The notes below the pieces were generated by a model. That model saw only the letters and a list, made by a program, of their open reading frames with translations. It searched no databases and was not told where the DNA came from. Of a DNA stretch of 64,000 nucleotides, positions 11,784-30,780 are shown in pieces; the first letter of the stretch is position 1, and every line of letters starts with the position of its first letter. Source of the DNA: Paraspadella gotoi (lineage: Eukaryota > Animalia > Chaetognatha); assembly GCA_051294375.1 (NCBI GenBank), contig CM119263.1, positions 9,292,432-9,356,431 on the forward strand, read 5' to 3'. The position numbers and the translations under genes were made by a program.

Positions 11784-12718
11784 CGATCCATACGACGATT
11801 CGACGCCGTGAGAGGGCGTGGCCTCATCCGTGATAAGGTTACTCGCTTCCTGAGACGAAAGTAGGGTAAAGTACTCTGTGCTCCGTACTGTTTATGATTT
11901 GAAAGTTAAGTTAAAATTCTACCAGTTACGGAATTTTAACGTAGTCTTTACACTTTGGTACGCTCATAAAATTTTTCCGCTGAGAATAAATAAATTAAAC
12001 GATAAGGAAATGAAAGTGCAAAAGCTGTGACCACTTTGAATTTTTTTTCCCTTTACTTTATTTACATCCGAAATTCTTCAATCTTGAGCTTTTTTTTTTC
12101 CTTTGTTCTCTTAATCATCTTATTTTCATCTTCTTCCCATCGAATTTTTCATTTTTTTTTCTTAAGATTTTTTTTTTCATTTTTTGTTCTTCATCTGCGA
12201 CAATTTTCCTCAAGCTTCATTTTCGATTCCTTTTCATTCTTTTCTAAATCCTTTCTATTCGCCAAATTATTTCTTTTTCAGAATAACAATAAGTATTTTT
12301 TTTTTTGCTACGATTCGACAAAAAAAATAATGAAACCCTACTAAATTCGAATGTCGGAAGCAAAATTATTATCATTATTAATATCATTTATAGTAGAGTG
12401 ATTTGACCGAACGTCAAATTTTGATGCCATTACATATTCGCAAAACATCTACGTCGAAATGGAGCAACAAGAATTGTTATCCAAAGAAAGAAAACTGCTG
12501 TTATATCTATATATTTAAAATAGCTGTCGATCTTTGACAATATTCATTGATTATTAGTCCTTTTGATTTTTAATATCCTTACCTTCGCCTTTACAATCCT
12601 GAGAAAAGAAGAGAAAAATATTCGTTTCCCGTAAAATAATACAAATTCAAAACTTTTTTTTTAAACCTTTGATTATAAAAGCTTCTCCTTCTCTCTCTCT
12701 CTCTCTCTCCTCTCCGTC

Positions 12719-12753
<35 letters not shown>

Positions 12754-12955
12754 CTCCTCCGCGCACCCGCCGCGTCGTCAGCGTTTTTCCTCCTTTTTTT
12801 TAAAACGTCTAGGGACTTCGGGTCCACAAAACCCTTTGGCGTCAATTTATTTACGCTTTTTTGCTACTTCCACTATTTACAATATATATATATATCTCTC
12901 TCTCTCTCTTCGTCTCTCTCCTCTCTCTCGTCTCTATCTCTCTTCTCCTCCCTCT

Positions 12956-12986
<31 letters not shown>

Positions 12987-14867
12987 GCACTCCTCACGCT
13001 CATAACTTAAAAAATAACTTTTACGGCGAGGCAGATGGAGAGGGAGAACGAGATGAGAAGAAAATCATCCCGTTTCAAATATGTCGACAACAACAACAAC
13101 AACAACAAAAACAACAACCCAGAGCTGTCCCGATTTTCTCTCCAGCATTAAAGTTAAGTCTCCTCCAAATGATTCTCCCTGTCCCGCCTCCCAGGGCTTT
13201 CCAATCAATAACCTTCCCTCCAAGCCAAAGTTCAGCACCTCAAACATTCACATTCCAGACTGGGTCATCCCCAGCAAACTCTTTTTTTCTAGTGACCTCA
13301 ACATCACCTGCCTTGTCCATCATCGCACTCCTCCATCCATCTCGGGCGCCGTTGGTGAATTTGGGTGAAATATATTCGTCGCTCGGTTACAAAAACCAAA
13401 CAATATAAAAATGACAACAATTTACTATGATAATAATTGCTTTGCATTTTTTTTTTCTTGTATTTGTTTTCCGTAACTTTGACGGAATTATGTCGTACGT
13501 GTTATAAACTCTTACTTTTTTTTCTACCTTGCTCATCTTTACAACTACAGAGTATTTTCATCCTTTTTCATGCTTTGCCCCACAGTCTTGATATAACTCA
13601 TTTCCGATTGTATCTTTATTCTGCCTTTTCTAAAAACGAAATTTTCAATCTGGATTTCCTTTCCTGATTGTTTTTTTTTTCTATTTCGTTCGTTCCTACA
13701 CTTTTTTCTACCCACAATTTTCACTCACTTCCCTGCCCATCGTAGTCTTCCCTCCCGCCCCCCCCGCCCCACTATTTCCCTTTTCTTCTTCTACCCCCAA
13801 ATTCATTTTTACGTCTCTTCTCCGCTCGATATTCGTTAAAAACGGCGAAAGACGAAAAGCGCTCATTTTTTTTTGTGGAAGGGGGGGGTTGTTTGAAAAA
13901 TTATTTTTTTATTTTTTAGTAAAAAAATTAATTGTTTTTAAAACTTTTTTTTCTCTCATTTACGACAACAAATCGGCGAGGATCGGATTCACGATGTTCG
14001 TCGACGGGGACCACGACGACGACGAGGACGAAGAAGAAGGAGAAGACGACAACGACGACGACGACGAGTTCGTTGCGACGAAGAGACTGTAACCGAATTT
14101 CGCATTACGCCTTTGGAAAAGCGTCGCGGATCTCACGTCGGCCTCTTCCCACTCACAAACCTCGATTTCTTAACAAATTTAAATCTCAACTTTTCTTCCC
14201 CTTACATTTATAGTCTCTTTACAATTTTAGTTTTTGATTTTCGCGATTTTGCAATTTTTTTCAATATTTTTTTTTTTTTAAATTTTTAAATAAAGGGAAG
14301 GAAAGAAAAGAAAAACTCGCGGATTCAATTGGTGGACGACCACGCGGCGTCGTTTTCGTCATCATCATCTTCATTATTATCATTATCATCGTTATCTCTG
14401 CCTTTTTGTTTTGGTTGTCTCGTTTTTTTGTTTTTTTTTAAACGAAGTTATTAAAGTCCAGTTCCTGCTTTACTTTGTCAGTTCGATAGGCCTTGTTTTC
14501 GTCTTCTTCGTTCATTACCCGGTTTTCACCGAGGGCCGTCCTGGTCATTCTCCCGCCGAGGGTCTCGGGTTCGAATCCCGTTTTTTCATCCTCAAATACG
14601 TGATCGAATCCGTCCATCGCCGAATCTGGAAAAGGAAGAAAATCATCAGAGAAAAAACGAAGGGAAAACGAAAAAAAAAAGAGGATGAAATGGAGATGAA
14701 TCGAAGTTCGACATGAATCAAGAATTTAATCAGATTCAGAGTAATCGCGATGAATCGAGATTGCGTCGAATCATTTGGGAAAAACGGAGAAGAAAATTGA
14801 GATTAATATAACCTTAAAGAATATTTATAATTCTGTCAGAATTCGAATAACGTGGGGGAGTTTTGAT

Positions 14868-14939
<72 letters not shown>

Positions 14940-15618
14940 TAGGAAAGAAAGAAAGAAACTAAAAAAAAAAAAAGAAACAAATAAGAAGACTTCCAAAAAT
15001 AGGCCAAAGTCCCGGAGAAGGTCATATCGACCCGGAATCCTCGAATAAACTTCATCCGGGAATTTAAATCCTCTCGAGGGGAAAAGGGGTCTAATTCTGA
15101 GGATTTTAAAAGAAAATGAAAAAAAAAGAGGATAAAGAAAAAGAACAACGTTTTCCTTATCTTTTCTCTCCACCAAAAATTGAAACCACTTTTGCTAAAT
15201 TTGTCAAGAATATTTTCTTTATTCATTCCGATCCATTTTCTTATTTTTTAGCTTAACATTTTCTTCTTTCTCTCTTTCTCTCTTATCAAGACTTCCTCGC
15301 TCCTTCTCCGCGATCTTCTATTCCCTCCTCCCATCTCTCTCTCTCTCTCTTCTTCTATCTCTCTCTCCTCTCTCTCTCTCTCTTCTCTCTCTCCTCTCTC
15401 TCTCATCTTTCTCTCACTCTGCTCTCTCGTCTCTTGACACTCTTTCCAGTTACATACAATCTTTAATTCTTCTCCCCGACAATTTTAGCCTTTGGCCTTG
15501 GCACATACGTCGCCGGGACCATAATAAGTTCGAGTTAAAAGGATTTATTTCTGATTTTCCCTCTCACTTAGATTTCGCCACAAATCCCTCGAAAAAACAA
15601 AAGCCTTTGCTTTCTATA

Positions 15619-15673
<55 letters not shown>

Positions 15674-15678
<5 letters not shown>

Positions 15679-15828
15679 ATTTCTATCTCCCTCTCTCGTT
15701 TGTTGTTTTTTAAATCTGGTTCTTTATCAATTTTTTTTTTTCAGAGGCTTCGGTGCATTCGATCAGGATGAGTCGTCGATGATCGAGGTGGAGAACCTCG
15801 AGCGAGTTCGAACTCATTTACCCGACAC

Positions 15829-15864
<36 letters not shown>

Positions 15865-16218
15865 CCTCTCTCCGCTAATTATAAAGCGACTTTTCGTCAT
15901 TTTGAAGAAAACTAATATTGTCCCGGGCGGACGGGCTCCGGAGTGGGAGTTTTTTTTTAATTCTATTACTTTTTAAATTTAAGCAACGATTTTCTTTTCG
16001 TTTTCATAGTACTTTGTTCGAAATCCACGACAACCAAAAAAAAAAAAAAGACTGAAAAATTTAAAATAAAGAAAAATTAACTCATTGCACTCGATGTCGA
16101 TGTTTTTAAACGTATCTTTTTTTTCCTTATTAAAATTCTCTTTCAACAAATAGTCGTTCTCGATCACCAAATTTTTAAAGNNNNNNNNNNNNNNNNNNNN
16201 NNNNNTGCAGATTCTTTT

Positions 16219-16254
<36 letters not shown>

Positions 16255-16464
16255 CTCTCCTCTCTCTCCTCTGCTATTCTATCTCTCTACCTCTCTTCTC
16301 TCTCTCTCTCTGCCTATTTCTATCTCCCTCTCTCGTTTGTTGTTTTTTAAATCTGGTTCTTTATCAATTTTTTTTTTTAGAGGCTTCGGTGCATTCGATC
16401 AGGATGAGTCGTCGATTGATCGAGGTGGAGAACCTCGAGCGAGTTCGAACTCATTACCCGACAC

Positions 16465-16504
<40 letters not shown>

Positions 16505-16833
16505 CCTCTCTCCGCTAATTATAAAGCGACTTTTCGTCATTTTGAAGAAAACTAATATTTGTCCCGGGCGGGACGGGCTCCGGAGTGGGGAGTTTTTTTT
16601 AATTCTATTACTTTTTAAATTTAAGCAACGATTTTCTTTTCGTTTTCATAGTACTTTGTTCGAAATCCACGACAACCAAAAAAAAAAAAAAGACTTAGAA
16701 AAATTTAAAATAAAGAAAAATTAACTCATGACACTCGATCTGATCGCAGATAGTGTTTTTAAAACGTATCTTTTTTTTCCTTATTAAAATTCTCTTTCAA
16801 CAAATAGTCGTTCTCGATCACCAAATTTTAAAG
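15674..16833. other. ~510-bp sequence duplicated on both sides of a 25-N gap (16181-16205); probable assembly overlap
   Basis: 15674-16180 is nearly identical to 16311-16833, differing by small indels. Confidence 0.8.
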
Positions 16834-17611
16834 GTTTATATTTTATATTAATTTAAGTCAGACGAGAAAACCTTTGGGCGACGCGAATCGGTTCTCGTAC
16901 GCGAGAGAGAGCGAGGAGAGAGGACGAGAGAGAGAGACGAGAAGACGGAGAGAGCACTCGAGGAGAGAGAGAGAGAGAGAGAGTTGTTAAAAAGTTTAAT
17001 TTTTTAAGAACGAACTGATTCCAAATGATCCTTTTTTAATATTTCCCAGTTAATCGCTGTCGCTTATTACGGTTCGTTTGGATTCATTAGGAACTTGAGT
17101 AGTGAACTATTGGCAAAAAAAATAAAGAAAAAAGCTTTAGTTCATCGTGGTTGTCAATAGTTAATGATAGCATAGACTATCATAGGAAAAGAAAAGAAAA
17201 GATAGAAAAAGCTAATTATATTAAAATATCTGTTAACTACATTTAAAGAAAAGTTTATGGTTTGAATAAAATAATATTCTGAATTTATTTATATATAGAT
17301 ATAAATATTAATTATATATACGCATATAATTAATAATTAATATTTTTACATATTAGTATAACCAATAATTATAGACAAATTAACAGTCAAACTCCAAAAG
17401 GGTCTTCCTAAATGAGCGACCTTATTTTTTCTATTAAAAAAAAAGAAACAAAAATTAAAAACATAAAACAGTGGGCCTTAGTAAGCGGGTACTCCACAGG
17501 AGCCGGTTACAATTAGCGGGGAATAATACTGTGGCTCAAAAAATAAAAACTTGTTTCAGAAAGAAGGATAAGTATTAACCATCTGTTGGCCCGGGATAGA
17601 GAACGAGACGA

Positions 17612-17678
<67 letters not shown>

Positions 17679-19014
17679 CCTGCCATTCAAATGCGTGGCA
17701 GGGTATCGACGACTTCCCGGGCTCGAGACCAGAAAAAGCCGAAATAAGAAAAATAAAAATTCAATACGTAAATAAAAGATAAACAAAATAAAAAAACAAA
17801 AATGAGAAAAAGCAATGTTTTGAAGCGATGTTGTTTTTTTATTTTAATAAATTTTGGCAGATTAGTCGCTCATGCTTACATTATTTTCTCCGATGCAAAT
17901 TTTTTTCCCCAATTTCGAACAGAAGAACACTTTAAAGTTTTTTATACATTATTTTAAGACATTGTAGGTTTCTTATCATACAATTTTTTATTTTTTTTAT
18001 GTTTGTATTTGAGACACCGTTCTCAGTTTTGAGGCAAAAGTGAAAAGGCCTACTCAAAGAAAATGAAAAGAGTCAATAAAAATTATATTCATTTTACAAC
18101 ATTAAAATTATATATTTGTTTATATATATATATATTTAACGATATTAAAAACATGAGAAGCAAATAAAAAAATGCTAATGTAACAGTTTTCGCATTTCTC
18201 TCCGCTAAATTTTTTTCGTAATATCCGCCCTAAAGTGGCTAAAGTAAAAAAAAATATTTTTTTTCAACTTCTCGTCAAAAGTGTCTTTGATGACATTGAG
18301 ATTGAAGAGCGGGACTCTGAACGTCGCCTTATGTTAAACCAAATTTTTTTATCGCTTTTTTATTTATGTTTAATTCTTCTTTTTCTTTTTTTTTTTTGGC
18401 GTCCGTGTGAATTAAAACCAAGGAAAACGTCTGGAAAGATCATTCACGAACGACTTCTGTTCAAAACCCGATCTCTATTCTCGATTATCATTTTTTGGGA
18501 CGAAATCGAATAAAGACTCAAGTTTATTGATTGCCAACTAACGACGAATCGAACCGCGAATTAATAACGACAATTGTAACGAACAACAATAATGATATTT
18601 CCAATTTCGATACTAACGAGTTTCCCACGACTCTCACTTGAATCGCAAAACGGAAACGTTAACTCACCTAACGAAAATACCCGGCAAACTTGATTTTGAA
18701 TCCGGCGAGGCGCCCGGGATTTCGCCACGACACTCTTTACTCGCCGTCCGCCTACTTAGTAGGTTCTTACCTTTTACTTTTTTTACTTTTTTTTTTTACA
18801 GAGAGTCCTCTTTCTCTCACAAACACTCACACAAGAAGGGGCACGCTCACACAAAACGAAACGCCGTCTCCTTCCTGCCCTCAGCTGCAATCAGCTGCTC
18901 CGGGTTCTGCGCCTCCACGCCTGCGCTTCGGTCTTTATTCGCTCGGCTACGAGAGGCTTGAATCAACGAGGCCCGGCCCGCGCATAGAGCATCACCCGAC
19001 ATCGGGTGGCCCTA

Positions 19015-19116
<102 letters not shown>

Positions 19117-19202
19117 ACCCCATCCATTGTTCCTTTCTCTCCGTCCTCTGTGATACCGAAACGGCGGAGAGAGAAAAAGTGCTTTTTTTTTGCGCTTGTA
19201 TC

Positions 19203-23125
<3,923 letters not shown>

Positions 23126-23568
23126 CTAACACAAAACTAGGAAATATTTTTTCTTTTAACTTTTTTTCTTCATTTTGATTGTTTTTTTTTCTCTTTTGAA
23201 ACGAACTGACATGGCGGCGACGACGACGACGACGCAGACAGGAACGAAACTTTCGTCTCTCTCCTCCTTACTTATTTCCTCGTCAACCCCCCCCCACATT
23301 TTCTCAAAATAAAAAAAATCATCTTAGCTTCACCAAAACTGTCGAGGAATGGACACCTCCCCCCTTCTCCCCGACCCCCTCGCTCTCTTCCGCCAACCAT
23401 CGTCGTCGTTGCGACGCCAAGCCTGTGGTCAGTGCCATCTAGGGTTTTGTCAACTGTGATTATTGACAGCGCCAACCGGCTGTGCCAACGATCGAGTGTT
23501 TGCGGCGCTGTCAACCGTGCAAGAAATGGCACTGGAACCCAAATCGTCGGATCCTTTTTCTTTAAAGC

Positions 23569-23600
<32 letters not shown>

Positions 23601-25362
23601 TTAATTACTTGGCGTTGTTTCCCCTCATCTCCCCCGTCGGTCAGTGCGGCCAATCGGTAGCGATTCATTGCAGACCGGTATTCATAAATGACCGGTGACG
23701 TTTGTTTAGAAAAGTAGAGATGACATTTTGAGCGTTTGTTTCACATAATACATACCAAATAGAGAAGAAAAAAAAACCATAAAACTTTTTGGAAAAGTTT
23801 AGAAAATGTAATGAATCTTAACGATGCTACCGATTGCGCCACCGACGATGCCAGAGACGAAGACAGTGTCGTCGTCGTCCGCGCGCCTCTTGGTTTTCGT
23901 TCTTTTTTTTTTTTTGTTTGTTTGTTTTTTATTTCTTCGTTCGTTTTCTGTTTACGTGATGGATGTTTTTTTGTTTATTCCGACTTGATGCGTCTTCGTT
24001 AATTCGGTAATTTTTGGTAAAATACTAGAATTTGTTACTTATAAAAACATACATTTTATAGAATTCGGAGGATGTAGTTTAACTACATTTCTTATAATTT
24101 GTATTAGTAATACAAATGAATTCATGTCGATCTGTGCATACGTTCAGTTATTGTCGGAATAAACAAGAAAACTTGAAGGAATGGCTTTTTTTTCGTGTAT
24201 TTGTTAGCGACGAATTACTACTGGTCGCAGATTGTTACGTTAAGCTTACAATTTAAGACAAAATTTTTTCTTTTTCGTTTTCGTTGTACTTCTTTTAAAA
24301 TTTAACACAAATAATTATATTAGTAATATTATTAATCATTGCCAGTAAATTTCAAAGCACCCTGTTGCATCTTTGCTCCGAAGAACTCACGGATATTCAC
24401 ACACAAACACACTCACGCACACAACATATTTTAAAAAAGAGAAAAACTAAACAAAATAATTAGGTATTTTCCATTTTTATTAATCTTAATTGATTAATTA
24501 ACTACTATGTTCACTACACGATGACAATGTCCGCACAATACAAATTTAGCCATGGGAAATTTTTGCATTTACAAAACAGTCGTAAACTTGGTATGAAATC
24601 CTTAGATTTGTTTACTTTGAGAAAGTAAAAATTTACTATAACATCCTAGAATTTAAAATAAAATACGGTTGGCCAGTTTCCTTCTATTGATTTCCTTTTA
24701 GACATCCTCTTAAAATCATAAAAGACGTTAATTTCTATAATTCGTGCGCGGAATATCTGTGATTATGCAACTATTTTTGTTGTTATAATAATAATAATAA
24801 TAATAATAATAACTGTACCGGTATTTTTCTACCGACCGACAAATTATGGTTTGTAATAAAAAAAATTATCTTTTTTATATTTTGTTCATCGAAAAAAAAC
24901 TGGCCGACCAAATCTCGGATTAAGACTATTTTTAAATCCCCCCGACAATTCTCGCGATAGGAAAACCAATTATTCTAGTTTTAAAATAAAATGTTTTCCC
25001 CGGTTTGTAAATATCGTATTGGACGTACGTTGTACCCTTCAAATTTGTGTGTCGTGGGCCTTTAATTTTTCTTCCCTATTACTCACTGCCATAATTTAAA
25101 TTTACAAACGATGCCAGTCCCGCGCAACGACAAACAGATTACAAATTAAACCGGGCATTTATTTTTTTTAAAAAAGGCGTTTGCGTTGCCGTTTGATGTA
25201 GCGAAGAGTCAAAAAGCGCTGTTCTTAGATGTAGAAGAAGATGATTCCCTTCTCCCCTTGGGCGCCGAGTCCTTATCAACACGCGATGCTTGTGAACCGT
25301 TTCAAAGGATTTTTTTTCTTTTTTGTTGATCGACCTTAGTCTTAATTGTTACTCCATTGCCG

Positions 25363-25772
25363 CAGGCCTGGGATTAGTTTATATATATATATTTTTGTGC
25401 CAGTCCCTCATATATAAAAAGATGGTAGTTTATATCATTTGGTAGTATTTTGCAAAAAAAAACAAAAAATTTAATAAAAAAAATATAGATAATATGATAT
25501 TCCGCAATACGACTTTTGAAATACGATAGTAGTTTTCATTTTATCGCATTTTTCTAAATGTCTTTGCAAGAAAATTCTACTTACACCAGTGGCCTCTTGA
25601 AATTTCGATTCACTCTGCTTGCATTTAGCGCGCGAATGTATAGGAAGCTAAACGTTTTTATTAGACGCTTCTCCTTAGACTTTTATCTCCATGTTTTTTG
25701 TGCGAATAACCCGTGATCGCTAAATTTTTAAAGGTTATTCTATTCCGCATGATTCGACTAATCCCAGGACTG
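25363..25772. mobile_element. Putative MITE with 16-bp terminal inverted repeats
   Basis: CAGGCCTGGGATTAGT ... ACTAATCCCAGGACTG (1 mismatch). CAG termini; no target-site duplication seen. Confidence 0.4.
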
Positions 25773-27702
25773 AAGGAACGTTAATGCTCTTTAGAATTAT
25801 AGGTGTAGAATTTTATATTTTAGTTTTGTCATTTTAACTTCACCTTAAAGGTTGAGTAATGAATGAATATTGTCCTTCGCTTAAAGCTGGCGCGATGTTT
25901 AGCGCAAAGTCCGCCGCTTTTATTTTTCCTTAAAATAATAACCCCCAATGTTGAAAGTACAACTTTCCATCTGACAAATGTATAGTGGGGTGTAGCAAGG
26001 AGAAATGTATGCTAATGCTATAATTTAAGCCCATAGAATTTTTTTAAACTTAACAATATCAGAAATTGTATTTTCTTTGTAATTATATTGTTATAAATTC
26101 ATAAATTTAATCTTTAAAAACGGATTCAGATTCGACGCAAAAAACTATGAAACTAGTAAGGCCGCGAAAAATGACAAAAACGTCATATAATAGTTTTCTT
26201 ATATAGAAAGTGAAGAATATAAACCCTTTTAAAAAAATTTTGACTCTGAAGGTATCCGAATTTTCTGTTACATTTTTTTGTAAAAAATGTATTATTTATA
26301 AGGATGTTACAACAAAACGTATATTTAATTTTCTGATAAGGTTCCCCTAACAGTATGAACAAAATATATTTTGTACTTTAGAATTATACTTTTATATATT
26401 TTTGTTCTCAGTGCTCCACTCTTCTGTATACTTTATGTAGTTGGTAAAGTTTTATCTGTAATGATTAATTTTTCAGTACGAATAACACGATTCTAAAAAT
26501 AGTGTCGATTTGTAAAATACAAATTACTTTTTTAGAGCATTGAAAATAGAACATACTTCTCGTTTTTTTTTTTTTTTTTTTTTTTTGTTTTTTTTTTTTT
26601 TTTTGATTTTTTTTTTCAAAAAATCACTCTCGAAAAACTTTATCCCTTTTTTAATAACGCATGCGCTTTACTAATTAAATAAGATATAAATAGAGAATAA
26701 AACGAGAATCTCAGAATGATATATTAAATTTTAAACAAAAAAACGTCATCTGACCATATGATTTACATATCATTTGTTTACTTATTTGGAACACTGTGAG
26801 TTATTTTAATTTTGTGGCTACAAATTTATTTTTTTTTTTTTCTTTTAATTGAGTTTTTTTTTTTTTTTTTAGGGCAGGGGAGGTCATTTTAGAGCAGCTT
26901 CTTCAATTTAGCCAAAAAAATAACGAGCAATGTTCGGTAAAGAAATTTGAAAACATATATCGCGACGGAAAGTTTTTTATAAAATATATAAATTTTAAAA
27001 TGTCACTTTAAGGAGTTATTATTATTATTCTAACATTTTTACAAAAATATCTCATTGGAATTACATTTCACTGCCTCCTCATCATTTTCCCTCAAAAATA
27101 AATGGCGCCAGTTTGTACGCAAGTTGTTGCAAGATGATGCATGATGCAAGTTGCTGCAAGATGCCGCATGGTGCTTCTTCAAATTCTGGCCAATTTTTTT
27201 TTTCAACCACCGACAATCTGTTCCAAAGTAATGGAAAAAAAAACATTGTTTTCAAATTTTTTTTTATCTCTCTCTTTCTTCGTAAAATATTCTTCTTGGT
27301 TCTATAAATGTACCAGAATCTGCATTTATGTCTCAAATCTTGTGAAGAAAATCTTTATTATTTGCAATTCGAAAGGGAAACTGAATAAAATGAACGCAGA
27401 CATTTGCACTCAAAATTGTATAGTTTTATTCGGCCAGAGTCGCAGTCAGTACAGATGAACTTCGTCCTTTCTTGTTAGATTTTTTTTTTACGAAATCAGA
27501 AATGACATAAAAACCAAGATAGAATTTTTTTTTAAAGATGGTTATCATTTTTAAAGTTTATCTTCCTATTAAAAATAGGTCAAGACAAAAAATATCCTAA
27601 GTGGCGAAACAAAAAGATAAATACGTAAACAAAAAAGTGGATGCAATAGACATTTCAGGCTTTTTAAGGCCGAGACGGAAACCTTAGTTTGAATAGAAAA
27701 AA

Positions 27703-27812
<110 letters not shown>

Positions 27813-28074
27813 GCCGCTTACTAACATTACTCATCATAATTTTAATGCGTCTTCATACGATATCCAAATAAGTCAAAGGCTATCAATGTGAACCAATACA
27901 TAGTTCTTACTCCGTTTTTTAATGGGTTCCCTGACTTGACAGGAAAAGCAATGAAAAAAGTATCTCAACTAATCACAAGAAGATTTTATTTCGCAAAGGG
28001 AAAAATTAAGTTGCACGAAGAAAGAGGGCGCTCGAAGGACGAAAGACCATCGCCCCATCGCCTCGATCCCGCGT

Positions 28075-29902
28075 TCAGATCGCGAAGTGGGTGTTGACCG
28101 TGAGTTCGACGCAGCCCAACAGGTTTCCGCTTCCGTCGCTCGCCTCCGCCCGGATGTTTATCTCTCCCTCGGCGAGGAAAGCGATGAAGGATGGAACCTG
28201 CGGGGGAAGGTCGAGGATCGACGGGGTTTTGAGATATGGATGTTTGTTTGTTTGTTAGCATGCTTGGTTCTTTGGGCTTCGATTAGGTTTTGATTCGTTC
28301 TCTTTCATTTAGTGACAAAACCTTTGGCAAATCGACGTGGGCGTTCTTGACCGAGACTGAGGGATTCTTGTGCAGCGGGCAGCGGCAGGGCAGGCCGGCG
28401 TCGGCGATGATGTTGCCCAAGAGCCCGCCAGATCTGCAGTCATCTGGGATTCTCTTCAGAGTCTGTTGGGTCAAGAAGTGAGTTGAGGGATTATCACGTG
28501 ACTGACCCGTACTAATCTAGGTTCGGATTTAGTCAAGACAGTTTTCGATATGAACTATTGCTATTAGTATTGTTAAAACTTTTAATGTTTACTTTTTTTT
28601 TTTTTTTTTGCACTGGCTACTCCACTAAATGCTTTGCTGATGTGAAGTCTTTACAATCATAATCGGGAAAATTTCTAGCTCATGATTCCAATACTTTGAG
28701 ATCAAATGCGATTGATGAGCCTCTTTATGGCCCGCATACTCCTGAACGGCATATCCTGAATAACAAAGTAAAATGGACAATCGGGCATAACATTCGACAA
28801 CGACGATGGCCGCTTCAAATACCTCACAGATGTCGTCATAGGTGCAGGATCCCAGGTTCTTGTCCCCGATCGGAACGCAGGGAAGCTCCAGACCGTTCTT
28901 CTTCAGCGACAACTTAATCTGAAGTAGGAATGAGAAAAGAAGAGAAGGAATGAAAGATAGATAGATTTTTGAAATATATCATGAATAATAACTGTCATAA
29001 CGATATCATAAATGATACATAATTATACTATGAAGATGATAATTATCCTAGTAATTAAGAATACAAGTAATAAACCTTGATGGGCGCGGCCATGTCGTGC
29101 AGAGTCTCGGCCTCGAAAGAGACATCGAGCGGCCCCGGGAAATTGATGGGGTCCTGCGCTACATTGACGTTTTTGACTTTCAAGGCGCTGCCACCTGAGA
29201 AAGAGGGCGCGAAATCGGTTCGTCAGGTGCATTCCTCATTATTTTCCAACAGTATCTGTAGTGGTGAAACCCTTTTGTTTTAAAGTCGTTTTATACTAGA
29301 GAATAAAAGGACAACAACGACAACGATGACGAGGACAAAATCCTCCCGGGGGATTTCACCGAGTAGGAGAATCGAAAGTCGTCCTTCGATCTGAAGTATC
29401 GATGGATCAAAATCACTAATCCCCACAAAGAAATAAAATCAATAAAAAAAAAAATTCAGAATTCGAAAAACTTCGCTTTGGTCGCGGTTTAAATTTCTTA
29501 TGCTTATTTTATATGGTATTGGGATATAAATTCCGTTTTTTACTAACGAACGTGTCGCATATTATGCGGGAGGCAGATTATTTATTTTTTGTTGTGGAAA
29601 ACTCATGGCAAATGTCATAGTTCTTTTTTTATAATTAATCAAAAGTTACTTTACTAATTTAGTATAAATCAGTCTTAGTATTAGGAAAGTTAAAGTTTCA
29701 GTATTATAATACTTTATATTACTGTTTTAGTGTTTTAAAAAGTGACTGGCAATTGAAACGTCTATAACCAATTTTAATTTTTTAACCCCGTGACAGAAAA
29801 AGAAAGAGAGAGTGAGAGAGAGTAAAGGTACCTACCGCAGGTACTCCACTTGATGGCTTGGCTTCCCGCCACCAGCAAAGCGAAAATAATCAAACACTTC
29901 AT
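28075..29902 (-). CDS. GM2A: GM2 ganglioside activator-like (ML domain) secreted/lysosomal lipid-transfer protein
   Basis: Exons 29902-29836, 29194-29076, 28918-28823, 28462-28322 and 28197-28075 are in phase. Signal peptide MKCLIIFALLVAGSQA, then WSTC, DPINFPG, LPCVP..LGSCTYDDICE, GLPCRCP and LLGCVEL. Confidence 0.9.
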
Positions 29903-29996
29903 GTTTCTTTTCAGTTTTAACGAAGAATCAACGACGGATATAACGAACTTCTCTACAGCTTAATACACGAACTCGTGTTAGCGAGGAAAACGATTT

Positions 29997-30005
29997 CTTT
30001 TATAG
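29997..30005 (-). promoter_or_regulatory. TATA box of the GM2A-like gene
   Basis: CTATAAAAG on the minus strand, ~95 nt upstream of the ATG, next to GC-rich sequence. Confidence 0.45.
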
Positions 30006-30702
30006 CGCCGCGGCGCCGGCCTCGTGGGAGCAGCGCCATCTGCATTCAGATAAGGCGCTATCTGGTGACGCGTCATCCAATCAATTTGGAACAGCTTTAA
30101 CAATTAACGAGGTATTGATAATTTACTAAATAATGTCTAGTTTTGTAAAAAGTCTGCAAAGGCCTGCAACATCACATCTCTTTGAACATGTCTGGCAACA
30201 TGCGAGCTTTCATACAGTAACTTAGGTTAAAAAATGTTCAAATTCAAAAGAAAACAAATATTATGCAACAGGAAATAAATTAAAATATGAAGAAAAGCAA
30301 TTTAAGTCTTAATAAATTTGTCTGTAGTGATCAGTTTGATATGGAAATGAAATATTTCTTTAAATCTCATAACAACATATAACAATTTATTATCTGAACC
30401 TAACAAACAGTTTTAAAGGGCATACAGTAAAAAAAAACCTTTTAGTCAAAAAAAGCTCTGAATACTTTAGTAATAAAAAAGTGTCGCTCAGGAATCCCTC
30501 CGACCTCACTAACCGACTTTCAAAGTTCAGATACGTTTACAAAATTTGAAATACCTTTTAAAAAAAAAAGTTCTTGACGCGAACATCCGAGAGATTTGAA
30601 TTTGCGGCCTCGATCGAGAGACGCTTTGGGTTAATTCGATTAAAAAACTCTACCCCTTCCACTAAACAAAGCGCAGGGGAACTCCTTTTGTTTAAAGAAG
30701 AA

Positions 30703-30780
<78 letters not shown>

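Noticed and set aside
13081-13368. 95-aa non-repetitive ORF
   Set aside because: No recognisable motif or splice context; possibly a decayed repeat.
14515-14585. tRNA-like B box GGGTTCGAATCCCG
   Set aside because: No cloverleaf or acceptor stem; better explained by the antisense coding-like exon.
15674-16833. Apparent tandem segmental duplication
   Set aside because: It straddles an N gap with indel-type differences, typical of a scaffolding overlap.
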